From Euglena gracilis (lineage: Eukaryota): DNA of 64,000 nucleotides. Positions 11,849 through 23,396 of the stretch are shown piece after piece (the first letter of the stretch is position 1; the number at the start of each line of letters is the position of its first letter). The notes below the pieces were generated by a model. The model was not told the origin of the DNA. It made no database searches and was given only the letters and a program-made list of their open reading frames with translations. The stretch lies in NCBI GenBank assembly GCA_039621445.1, contig CP154954.1, positions 39,765,816 to 39,829,815 of the forward strand, read 5' to 3'. Made by a program: the position numbers and the translations under genes.

Positions 11849-12394
11849 GTGTCCAAACTCCTGCTGGGGCAGGCCATCAGCAGAAAAAAAGCAAAACAAC
11901 TCCTCATCGAAGTCCGTGCTGTTTTGCCAGACGGCAAAAAAACGTTCCTACAGGCCCTGATTGACACGGGAGCACAGGCAAACCTGGTGGAAAAGAACCT
12001 GATTCCCCAACAAAACTTCAGTCGTTCACAAAAACCCCTGGCCATGATCACAGCGGACGGAACAAGGATGGAAGAAGGACTACACGAAGTCACAGTGGAA
12101 CTGCAGTTTTCATCAAGGGTGCACAACACGGACAGGACAAGGGAGTGTTCCACCATTGGAACATTCCATGATGCCGACATCCAAGTGGTTGCCATCCTCG
12201 GGTATCCGTGGATGGAACAACACCAACTGGGGGTTTTCCCACACCTACAATCACTAGCCCTCATAGGTGAACCCCTGCGGCTGCTGTCCAGTTGGCACCA
12301 GCTGAAGGAACAAAAACACAGGGAACCTAAAATACACCAAATTCAGAAAAACATTTCGGCAGTGCGGGCAATGAATTTTCAGATTCCTGCTTAA
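11849..12394 (+). pseudogene. Retropepsin aspartic protease
   Basis: ALIDTGAQANL (D at 11963), flap ITADG, and AILGYPW. Confidence 0.9.
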
Positions 12395-12599
12395 GAGGGC
12401 CAGGACGAGGAAAGACTGTTCGAAGACGAAACAGCACTGGAAACACTGGCTAAACAACTTCAGAAATTGGCAAAGAAATCTGACAGGGTACACCGTGTTG
12501 TGGTGCTGCCAGAAGGACATGAAACACAAGGTGAAAAGGTGGCTGAACTGGTGAAAAACCTGCGGCAGGACTATGAAGGAGTGGTCTTGCAAGACAAAA

Positions 12600-13420
12600 T
12601 CTACCCAGACCCCCCAGAACGCGGACCACTGGGATTTGGAAAGATTGAGCTGAAACCTGGAACAGTGGCAAAAAAGCAAAGACCCATCCACATGACAGGA
12701 GAACGCACTCATCGACATGGTGGACGAATGCGTTAGGGACCTGAAAGTGGAAGACGGGAGGAGTGACTGGTCCAGCCCCACGTTTGTGGTGGCCAAAAAA
12801 GGTGGAAAGTGGAGAGGCGTGGTGGATTTCAGAGCACTGAACGAGGCAACAATCACAGATGCCCATCCCCTGCCTGGGATAGAAGACATCCTAGTTCAAC
12901 AAGGACAACGGGCCATGTATAGTGTACTGGACCTCATAGACGCATTCCATCAGGTGCTACTGAGAACAGAGTCCAGACCCTACACCTGCTGCAGCACACC
13001 TAAGGCAACAAAACAGTGGAGAGTGGTGTTCATGGGAATGAAAAACGGTGTACCGATTTTCCAGAGGGTGGTCGAGTACAGCCTGGAGGAGGTACAGGAC
13101 ATTGCAAACCCCTACGTGGACGACATAATCGTAGGAACCGTATGGCAGGGGTCAGAAGACAAAACCCTCGAACAACACGACAAGGACATCAGAAGGGTGA
13201 TGGAGGCACTGGAAAAACAGTAACACCGTGGCAGACATCAAGAAATGCAAATTTTTCGTGAAAGAGGTTGAACTCTGTGGACATTTGCTGGGTGGTTGAC
13301 AACGAAAACCAGCACCTGGAAAACTGAGGGCCTTGTAAAAATGAAAGGAACCAAAAACGGTCACAGCCCTACGGGCATTCCTGGGATTCACAAACTATTA
13401 TGCCTCATACACTCCAGGGT
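12600..13420 (+). pseudogene. Ty3/Gypsy reverse transcriptase (frameshifted)
   Basis: SDWSSPTFVVAKK..WRGVVDFRALN..DAHPLP, SVLDLIDAFHQ, MGMKNG, YVDD (13113), KCKFF. Confidence 0.95.
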
Positions 13421-13428
13421 ACGCGGAA

Positions 13429-14097
13429 TTGGCTGCAGGCCTGATGGAAAAACTGAAAGTGAAAAAGGGACAGGGAAAGAAAGGAAGCCTGACACCTGTG
13501 TTTTTCGGTGAAAAGGAACGAACCGCTTTTCAGACCATCAAAGAAAAACTGCTCAGAAGCCCCAATCTGGAAACGGTGAACCCAGACAAACCGTTCATAC
13601 TCAGGGTGGTTGCAAGTGGCAGAGCCGTAGGTGCGGCTCTGGAACAATTTGGGGAGGACACTCCAGAAAAACCAGAACCAACAACAGCCATGACCAAAAA
13701 AACAGTACCCGTAGCTTTCTGTTCACGAAAGCTGACACCTGGGCAGGTTCGCTCGTGGTCTCCTAGGGAAAAGGAGACCTACGCAGTGATCCTGGCCCTG
13801 CAAAAATGGGCTTCCTGGATAGGAATGCAACCGGTACTGGTGTTGACGGACCACAAGTGCATTGAGGCATGGGCAACGGAGGTTCTGGACACTCCCAGTG
13901 GACCAGCTGGACGTAGGGCTAGGTGGCACGAACTGCTTTCGCAGTTCGACATAACCGTAGCATACGTACCTGGCAAAGGCAACACGGTCGCCGATGCCTT
14001 GAGTAGGTGGGCCTACCCCGCCACACAGGCATTCGCCGACGTGAGTATCCACGGGAGTGAGGAGGACGACCGACTCATGAAAGAAATCATCAAATAG
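13429..14097 (+). pseudogene. RT connection and RNase H
   Basis: PFILRV.ASG.AVGAAL, PVAFCSRKL, EKE.YAV, TDHK, YVPGKGNTVADALSR. Confidence 0.92.
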
Positions 14098-14649
14098 GAG
14101 GAAAAGGAACAGAAAACTTGTATGGTGATCAACGTGGCAGACCTGGCACAGGCACAAAAACAACTTCAAAAACCCGTCACTGTGGCAGTCACAACAAGGG
14201 GGGGAGCCAAAACGGGTGAAGATTCGCCCACAGTGCCTGGTTCAACGGAAAACGGTGACACCCCTCAAAAAATTCAAAAACACCACAAAAACCTGCAAAA
14301 ACGTCAAAGAAGTGGGTTGTGAAGGAAGCGACTGTGGTGGAACCAAGCAAAAAACTGCAGAAGCAACCCCAAGGGAGACCACGGATGAGGCAGGAAACCT
14401 GATCCGACCAGACCAACTAAAAAAAAAAACCCCAGAAAATCCAAACACGGCCGAGGGACCATCCACTGAGGAACACCCAGAAAGGCGAAGACCCCTGGAA
14501 GAGGACCCTGTGGAACCCCTAACAACAAACGACTCAACAAAACAAAAGGACGCGCAAGGTGCGTCATCCTCAACGGGGACACCCGTTGGACCTCCATCAA
14601 GCGGAGTGCACGCCCCGGAGATTCAACAGGGGGAACCGAAAGGGGTGAT

Positions 14650-15770
14650 GGACAGGGAATGGAAGAACGAGTACGAAAGTTGCCCAAGGTGGGGACCTGT
14701 GCTCAAGGACCTGAAGGAAACGGGGTTCAAAAACTGGCCTGACGGGTACCGATTCGACAACGGCAGGCTCTTCAAAAACGGTCTCCTGTGTGTACCAAGC
14801 GGGTTGACTGGAAACGTAATTCGGGAACATCACGAAACAGCCGGGCACCCAGGGTCAGCCCAACTTTGGGACCAGATGGGAAGGTGGTTTGTGTTTGCGG
14901 ACCACCAGGATGCAAAAAAACTGACAGGCAAAATGATGACCATGTGTGAAACCTGCCAAGCAACAGAACCCAGCCACCTACCATGCAAGTGCCCCATTGA
15001 ACCGACACCGATTCATGCACACCTCATGGACAGTGTTGCTATCGTTCTGTTCTCTCTACCTGAAACGACCTTTGAAGTGAAAAAATATGACACGTTGGCG
15101 TTGTGTGTGGACAGGCTGAGTGGGTGGATGGTTGCAACCTCCCACCTGGCCAAGGGACTCGCAGCGGAAAAGGTTGGAAAGGAAATGTACAAACAGTGGG
15201 TAATTTTTGGGATACCCTCGGTGGTGAGCTCCGACCGGGGCTCCCAATTGACAGCCGGTTGGTGAAAACATTGTGCACTGTACGTATCCGTGTGGCGTAC
15301 GGGCAGGGGTACCCTGGGTTGAACTCCTACCGAACGCCTTGAAGGCCCTACACGACGTCCAAGGTGAAACGGGACTGTCACCGTACGAAATTGTGTTTGG
15401 CAGGCACATACCGTTGGCGGGATTGCCATATCAACCACAAAGGGAAGCGGAAGGGGCCACAGCGTTCTTGGGAAGGATGAAAGAACAAGACCAGTGGGTG
15501 AGCCTGGCCCTGAACGAAAAACAGCGTGAACGGGCTGAAACGGTGAACAGAAAACGCAGAGAACCACCTGCGTTGGAAATCGGCTCGAAAGTCTGGTATC
15601 AACCCGAAAGAAAACCTGGCACCGACAAACTCGAACCGAAGTGGAAAGGACCTGCGGTGGTGTTGGAACGGGTAGGACAACACTCCTAGGTGGTTGAACT
15701 ACGACCTGGAAACCGACAACCTGTCCACCGTTCACAACTCAAACCCCACGTGGGAGACCACTACAACAAA
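14650..15770 (+). pseudogene. DDE integrase with HHCC zinc finger and GPY/F-like motif (core partly deleted)
   Basis: HHETAGHPG..CETCQ, CVDRLSG, FGIPSVVSSDRGSQ, TGLSPYEIVFG, KLEPKWKGP. Confidence 0.92.
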
Positions 15771-15824
15771 ACCCCTGTCCCCCTCTACTTTTGGTCGGGC
15801 AAAGCACAGGAGTTGGAGGTTGGC

Positions 15825-16037
15825 CCGGATAAATGGGAGGTTGACAAAGTGCTGAACCACCGCAGAAAAGACGGAAAACTTCAATTTTTGATTCAGTGGA
15901 AAAACTGGGACCCGTCTGACACTCAGTGGGAACCCTTGAACCACTTCTTCCTCCGAACCAACAAAGATGTGGTCCAATATTGTAAGAAACAGGACCTGGC
16001 TGTGGATATGAGAGAGTTGCTTGATGGGATGGAGTGA
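15825..16037 (+). pseudogene. Integrase C-terminal chromodomain
   Basis: WEVDKVLNHRRKDGKLQFLIQWKNWDPSDTQWEPLNHF retains the aromatic residues. Confidence 0.9.
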
Positions 16038-16489
16038 CGCATGTCGCATAGCCCAGCGCTCTGTCACAGATGCCGACACGTCGCCACCCCCAACAACCCC
16101 GTCGCCAACCCCAACCCTACCACCCCCACCAACCTCGACAAGCCCCCTTCACCATCCCCACCATACTACCCCCACCCCTACGTGCCCTTGAGGCCCAACT
16201 TCCTTCCCCCTTGTGCCTCCGAACATCAACACCAACGCAAACGAGGCCACCCCCACCACCATACCGCCCCCACCTCCATACCAACCCCCAACGACAACCC
16301 TCACCACAACACCCTCAAGAGCTCCCACAGCCACCCCCACAGCGGAGCCCCAGCCCGAACCCCCCACAGCCGGAGCCACCGAGCCCTCCGCGGAGGCGGA
16401 GACGCTCAGGCTTCTCCAGCCCGGGCAGTTTACGGGGGGTATCGCTGCCCCTGGACAGCCCCCCAGCAACACCCCCCCGCAGTCCACGA

Positions 16490-18610
16490 ATATCCCCCCT
16501 TTGTCGCTGGATCTGGATCGGTGTTCTCGTGGCTGCTCCGCTACTCCCCGTAATTCCGTCGGAACGTGTCAGGTTGTTTCTGACATCTCAGTTCTGTTTC
16601 CACCTTTGCAAAAAAATTTTCCAGGGAGAGCTTTGTATGTACCACCATGAATCTGAATTGCTGTCCTGGGGCCAGGGCTGTGCCTTTTTTCATCATCAGC
16701 TGCTGGGATGCTCTGCTGCTTTCCAGGCTAGTGATGAAATCAGTTCCATCGGCTGTCACAAGGAACCTTTCGTCAGCCCCAAGTGTGGCTGGCACCAGCC
16801 CCTTCAAATTCAGGGTCGGTGTGTCTTGGTTCCTTCTTTATTGTTCTCGAATGCAGTTTCAGCGCATCATTTCAGGCATCCATTCAGCGAATAATCCGTA
16901 TGAATTGTCTGCGAAGGGGTGTTCGAATAAACTTTAGAGCAGTTTGAAGCGTGCTTCAAACACCCTCCGTGCCCCCAGAGTCAGTTTTCCATCGCACCTG
17001 GGTTTCTGGTTTTTCAGCTCCTCCTTTATTGCCAGCTGGGTGTCCCTTCCTACTTTCGGCAGAGACAATTCCAAAATTCCTGACACCTGGTTTTTTCTCC
17101 CCGTTCTTGTCGTCTCTGGAGCTCCAGCCGGCCCGTCTCGTCAAGGCTTCCCTCCAAAATTGTTAGTTTCCTGTCATCTATGAGGTGTCCTTTCCGGCTG
17201 ACAATAGGTTCAGGTAAACGGGGAATTTAACATAAAAACCTGAAAAAATTTCACTGGAGGAGCGGTCTGACCAAGTCTTTTGCCAGGTCTGCACCCACTG
17301 GTCCCATCAGCAGCCCAATGGATGGGTCATCCTGTGCTGCAACTGGGGCGACAACTGATTCTTTACCCACATGAAAAATAAGTGTGTATGTGCTGCACAG
17401 TTGGGGACCTGTGTTTTGTGGTCCTGGGTTTTCTTCTGTCACCCATGTGAACACATCCCGCGTTCGCGGCTGTGAGATCTGGCTAGGTCCCGTGTTTTCC
17501 CGTTGCTGAAACTGCTGTTGCATCATGTTTTTGATTTCAAACAACAGTTCCCTCTACAGTCGCTGCTGGTGATCCAGCATTGGGTACGTCGGTTTCGGTC
17601 GGAGTTGAAATGGTTGGGAGTCGGCTGAAAGTTCAAACACAGGTTGGAGTTCGGGGTGATGGGTCTTTGACACGGTGTGGTCCTGTCTGATTGAAAGTTA
17701 ATAAATTCTTCTTGAAAAGTTTGCACCATTACTTTTTTCCGTCAGAGTCCCAACCCACACGTGGCACAGGTTCGCGGGGTCCTTGGGTTCCCTTCCAAAG
17801 CTGTCCTTGAGGCACTCAGGTCCCCTCCCTGGGCTGTGTTAGGGGATATTGGGGCCGTTGGGGTCACTGGCTGTGGTGCTGAAGCTGCTGGGAGTGGGGC
17901 CGGGGTCGCTAGCTGGGCCCCATCGGTTCTGCCCAAGCCTTCGGCTGGGGACCAGATTCCAGCTCCTGCCGTGGTGGCTGTGGCTAGGCGGCTTTGCAGC
18001 CTTGCTGCAGCAGCTGGCTGGGGTTCTTGGGTTTGCACCGTCCCGTTTGGCGGTTCCGTTGTCCGTCCGGACACCTGGCCACTGGCCCAGTGGCTGGGGT
18101 TTCTGGGGTTTTCCCCGTCCCCTGTTGGAGCCGGTCGCTGGGAGAGCTAGAGACTGCTGAGAAAGAATAAAATTGAGGGTTTAAAAACTTTTTTTGTCTT
18201 TTGTGCCGGTTCAGTCAATTTAACCTTTTTTCGGTGGCCTCCCATTTCGTTTGCCACATTTGGTTCCGATTGTGGAACTCGGCAGTCAGCGATCTACACT
18301 GCAGCCAAATTCCAAAGTGTTGTGTTTCTTGCAGTGTTGTTCATGTGATCAGGTCTGTCAGCTGTGCCTCCAACCGTGCCACCTTGTTTACCATCTGTCC
18401 CAGTGTGGAAAACAGGTCGATCCACCTGGCCTGGTCACTGGCTTCCTGCAACCCAGTCTTGAAAACCCCCTTTTGGATTTTCTTCAGTGCCATCCGGAAT
18501 GTCTGAGCAAATTCCTCAAGTTTGTGTCCTAGCCCGGTCATTTCCTGGTTCAGACGGTCAAATCTTCTTTTGTTGTCATCTTTTGGAGCCAGGTTGTTCA
18601 AACGGCTGGT
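16490..18610 (-). pseudogene. Gypsy family B ORF1/Gag fragment
   Basis: IGLLMGPVGA..KDLVRPLLQ and AKVETELRCQKQ are homologous to family A Gag and to 55990-58020. Confidence 0.8.
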
Positions 18611-18629
18611 CAAAAGGGTTTGTTGTAAG

Positions 18630-19365
18630 GGTTTGTTGTAAGGGGGCTGGGCCGCTAACTCACAGACAGCTTCATTCCTGGATAGGACAGTTGTGGACCC
18701 GTTGCAGTGGATGTGACAATCCCCCAGTCCCTTGCGAAAATTCACCCGCTGCGGAATGCAGGTAACCATTCATAATGGCAAACGCGCATACCAAATATGA
18801 TGCAACATGCCAACAACTGGGCTGGCGGTTGATGCCATTCGTCATGGACTGCTACGGGGGCATGGGGCAAGAAGCACGTTCCTTGATGGCCACCCTCCTC
18901 AAGGCCCTTCTGGGGCAGCGGGGAGGGTGGCAACAGCGGGCGACAAAAGCAGACACTTCGCAAAGCCTGTCATTCAGACTAATCACAGAAATAACCAGAC
19001 AGCTCGTTTGGAGCTTGTATTCTTCCAAAAAAATCACCCTGTCTTCCGCCCACTCACCATATGCTGTCTGGAGGCCTCCGAGCACAAAATCTCACCCCTG
19101 CCCAATATATTTTGGAGGTGACCTTTGCTCGTCAACCACTAACCACTGACCTCCGCACCCTGAACAAGTATCACTGAGCACTCTTTTGTACATTACACCC
19201 ACGGTATAAACAATCCACGACCTGTGGCGGCACAGGGAGCCACAAGGGGGTTCCTCTTGTGGCGAAGGCCAAAAGAGACGTTTCCCTGGGCCCGGGGCAT
19301 GGTTTTGTGAAGCTGTGCTACCCACCTGGGAACACAAAAAAAGTGATCATTAAAAAAAAAGGAAA
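18630..19365 (+). mobile_element. 5'-truncated CRE-like non-LTR retrotransposon (RLE end, 3' UTR, A-rich tail)
   Basis: VAVDVTI..KYDATCQQLGWRLMPFVMDCYGGMGQEA..RQLVWSLY. The 3' UTR is shared with 2430-2525. A-run near 19353. Confidence 0.75.
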
Positions 19366-19879
19366 ATCGGGGAATTGGAACCTAAATGGGTACATGCATC
19401 AGAACTATCCTTGGCCAGAAGGAGCCCTTGGAGAGAAGAACCTGTGTGTTGGCCCGCGAAGAGGGTCGACAATTGTCATGTTCGCAGTGCCTGGGATCTG
19501 AAGGCACGCAATACCCGGCCATTGCGCACCAACCATGCAACACGGATTAAGCAAATGAACCGAGGGAATTGGACATGCGAACCACCAGTCCAAAAGTTAC
19601 ATTGAAGACCAAACGAACCCTGAAGAAAGGGATCACAAACAAAGAACGAATCAGGAACGGCCAAAAAATATATCCTGACCATCTTCTGGGGTACAAGACG
19701 GGATCAAGAATACTGGATTAAGTTAGTCGCTCTCTCTCACCATCAATTCCATGCCAATGGCCCAAATTCCATGCCAAAGAAGATCAGGTTGATGACAATT
19801 TCCGCCCTGGCGATATCTTAATTTCTCGCCTTGCCAGCGAATGCCTGATCCAAAGCGACGTCACCAACCGTCACACAAA

Positions 19880-20235
19880 GACCCAAAGCAAAACTGACCA
19901 TTTGGCAAGAAAAACAAGAAGCAGACAAACACCAGAAATGTGATGAAACTTGTTTGAGACGAGGCTGGAGTCTCACTCCGTTTTTGCTTGACTCCTTTGG
20001 CGGCATGGGACAGCAAGGTCTTTCTCTGATTTCCACTCTGCTTAAAGCCTTGTTAAGGAAGAGAAGAGTTGACCTCAGCGGCGAACCGAAGCAGAACTGT
20101 GGCAAGGACTCTCACTCAGCCTGGCCAAAGAAATCTCTAAACAACTGGTTTGGAGCTTCTATCCTACAACTATCCTGTCAAATGACACTGACCTGTCTTC
20201 CGGTTGTCACCGCCCATATTCCCATTAAACACTTT
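19880..20235 (+). pseudogene. CRE-like RLE C-terminal fragment
   Basis: EADKHQKCDETC..RGWSLTPFLLDSFGGMGQQG..KQLVWSFY is similar to 18775-19060. Confidence 0.7.
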
Positions 20236-20819
20236 TGCTAACCACCTTTCACCCCTTCATGGAACCTTGTTGGCACACGGCAACACAAAGAAAAAGTCAG
20301 GCTCCGTGGGTGCAGAGCTTGTTGCTGCTGTCAACTGTTTGGAGTTCGCCAAACTGTGTCAACGTCGGCAAACTTCTTATCCTGTGCCGGATGCTTTCTT
20401 TGTTGTCTGTACGGGACGGGACCTGGAATCCTGCCTGTTGTTCGATGAGGCGAGCGTCACTGAACATTGTGTGACTCAACATGACCAGCAGTCGTGAACT
20501 TTATTCATTTCAGGGAATCGTTCAGCAACCTCTTTTCATACGTGATTGAATGCCGTCGATCGGGCACTAACCACAACCCAGGGAGTAGTGTAGCCTTTCT
20601 TAGTGCGCCAATTCCCCTAGTTCAATGAGATGTTTTCGCGTTCCTTGGAGCGCGAACGCGCGGAGAAGGCAGTGTCAAAGGTGGTTCGGCCTCCATCTGA
20701 CGTGTTGCAGCCTGAAGAGTTGGACCAGTTGCTGAAGGGGTCGAACTGGTCCAGCGCTTATGAGACGCAAGAAACCTGGTGGTGGGGTTCACCACCGGCC
20801 TCCGCAGCGAGCATGATGT

Positions 20820-21455
20820 CGTAGCCCAGTGGGGTATAATCAACAGAGAGGTTAGGTCTGGACTTAACATTAATCTCTGAGCCCATTGGGGAGTTGTGAT
20901 CCAGTGGGGGTTTGCATAAACTGGAGGGAGACCCTTTAAATCTGCCCTCAAGTCATCCACCAGCAAAGCTCCTTGTTGTAGATAGCGACAAACGAACTTG
21001 GGGAACTTTTTGTTGCTGGGTGTGCAAAATATGTACACCTCTGGGGGTATTTCTTTCTTAAATTTTTCAGAATTTTGTGAAATATGTTCATGTTCAGGGT
21101 ATAATTCCCTGGTTCATTTTGTTCCCTGGTCAAGAGTGTGCAAATTGCTCCTTTGTGCGTACCCACACCACCTGCAAATTGATCTGTTTTTCCTGGCAAT
21201 GATACAGCAGGGGTTTTTTAAGATGCAATTTAGGTGTGGCTTTTTACCTACCCATCTTGTTAAATGACTGACAGCCACTTGGCTACAACATGAAGCACAA
21301 TTGTTTGTTTTGGTTTGGCCAAAGCTTTTTACAGTTTCCACTGCAGCCTGCAACTCTTTGTGATTGATATGAAGGACATGCAGGTCCCTCCAAAAATCCT
21401 GCACCTTTTGGCCTGAATGTTTGTCCAGCCCCCCCCCCCCCCCACTGCCAGGTGC
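20820..21455 (-). pseudogene. DIRS family 1 RNase H and MTase N-half (inverted piece)
   Basis: HINHKELQAA and PPVYANPHW. High nucleotide similarity to 28960-29590. Confidence 0.8.
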
Positions 21456-22084
21456 TGCGGAACCCTCTTGGTCGTGCCGCCCAATTACAATCTTGGGAGG
21501 AGAAGCAAGAAAGATAAAAGCACCAGAACTACGATGCTGCTTACCACAAAACCCAGAGGGTGGCCACTTTGAGGGGGGTGAGGATATGCAGTTTATGGGG
21601 AATTCTGGCAGTACAGTTTGGTCATTTTGCCACCCCCCCCCCATGCTGACGTTCACCGTTTAAAAACGTGCTCAGCCCGCCAAGTGCCGGCCCTGAACTT
21701 ACTGGTCATGAACACGTTTTCCATTAGGGAATCTGTTGCAATGACACGTCTTCCATTAAGGCATCTGTTGGCAGGCACGTTCTCCATTGGGGCATCTGTG
21801 GCAACGCCAAACAAGAAGCAAAAATCGCTTTCATGAAAAATTGTCGAGTGGGTGATAAGCCGGGGGGTCCTTAACGAGTGAGGCGGGTCAGGGGCACTCT
21901 ACAACTCAACAGAAGGCTAGGCTGCCTTGGAGCACTCCGACACGGAGTGGCGGACATCAGGGAACACAACGCGCTTTACACAAAAAAGAGCTATACTTTT
22001 AGAAACCGCCGCAAATCTTGGCAATGAAAATGATATGCCAAACCACTGTAACCCCTGTGTGGAACCAGTTCCTTCAATCTCCAG

Positions 22085-23395
22085 CCGACTCAACACGGTG
22101 GCGCCAATTAATGTCAACCAGGCAGCCAGGCAGCAAGGTTCTGCTGGTACCCCCCCCAATGGGGTCTGTTCACCAACTGCTGTGGGAGGAGATGCGCCGC
22201 CAAGGTGGAAATATGGCCTGCTTGATAATGTCAGGCAAGTATTACAATCCCAGGAAGTTTCGATGTCCTGCATCGACACTTACGTAAAAAATGTGGAAAA
22301 TGTCACGAGATATGACTCAGCACTGAGGGCTTTGGTGGGCTAGTTGTTGCACAAAGGAGTGCCCCTGCAGGATTGCACAATCCACAGGATGGCTGACGCC
22401 ATCCTCGATCTTGCGGTCCACAGCATCAACACGGCCCAAATTTTGCCCATTTCTGCAATTATGCCCCTTTTTGGGACCCTTCTGATTTCCTAGAAAACAT
22501 CATCAGAAATTCAAAACCCTCTTAGAGCTATCCGCGAAAGACTTCAGAAACAGACTCATCGTTTGTTGGAGGCTTCTGGCCCTCCACAGGGTGGTTGATC
22601 TAGCCAGAACGCAGTGAGAACTCCGTTTCGTGGAAAAACAAAATTTCATTTTGTTGCAGAGGAAAGGGTGGCAGTTCCCAAGGCGGGAGGAAATTTTGAA
22701 TTTGTCACACAACCCCCTCATAGGCCCTTGGCATTTGTTGAAAGAGTATTTGGAAAGGACAGCCCACATGGTGGGGCAAAAAAATCATTTATAATGGTCT
22801 TTGGATGGCAAAAGACCTTTGACATCGGGGAGAAGGAATTCCCTTACCAAAAAAAATTCTACAAGAGGGGGGGTGGGAACCACCCATTGGAAACCCCACA
22901 GCACCTGGGGGGCTGGCGTTTTTTACTGCAAAAATGCTGGTTTGCAAGTTGCAGAAGTCCAGCAACTGGGTCAGAGGAAAAAATTTGGGCCTTTCCAGCC
23001 CACTACTTAAGGCTGGGCGTCGTGTTAAAGATTGAAAATATTATATCCCAAAGGGGGGTGCACAGTACCTCACCATCTCGCAGTGCGGAGCCGAATGGTT
23101 TCGGACTCCCACGACACAGGAAGGGGGAGGAAGGGACCAAGAGGGCGAAGCACAAGAAGATGGTGAGCCCAACCCTCCCACCCAAAAAGTCAGCAGAAGA
23201 AGAAAAACATCCCAACCAGAAAGGGGACCCCCTACCAAGCAGCCCCAACCACCCTCCCAGAGACACACAGGAAAGAGAAAACCATCGATGGGGGGGAGCC
23301 AAGCAATCACGTGGGGTGGGGACCCAAGCAATCATGTGGAGGGGGGGGGCGGGGCCACGACGGTTCAGCTTCGCCAAGATGTCGGAGGAGGCGTC
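22085..23395 (+). mobile_element. DIRS family 1 3' fragment: MTase C-half, tyrosine recombinase, ICR
   Basis: WRLLALHRVVDL, WKPHST, LGQ..F..HY. The ICR at 23068-23175 is complementary to the ITR start at 23397-23430. Confidence 0.85.
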
Positions 23396-23396
23396 G

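Larger units (their letters stand above)
5409..16037 (+). mobile_element. Ty3/Gypsy chromodomain-bearing LTR retrotransposon, family A, carrying a double DNA-methyltransferase cassette; 3' LTR absent
   Basis: Order is LTR, PBS, ORF1/Gag, MTase-DNMT, PR, RT, RH, IN, chromo. PR-RT-RH-IN order is diagnostic of Ty3/Gypsy. Scattered stops and frameshifts. Confidence 0.92.

Noticed and set aside
16041-16490. Pro/Thr-rich ORFs or a 3' LTR after the chromodomain
   Set aside because: C-rich low-complexity DNA that is open in several frames and has no similarity to 5409-5890.
21713-21805. CRISPR-like array
   Set aside because: No unique spacers, no cas genes, and a eukaryotic context.
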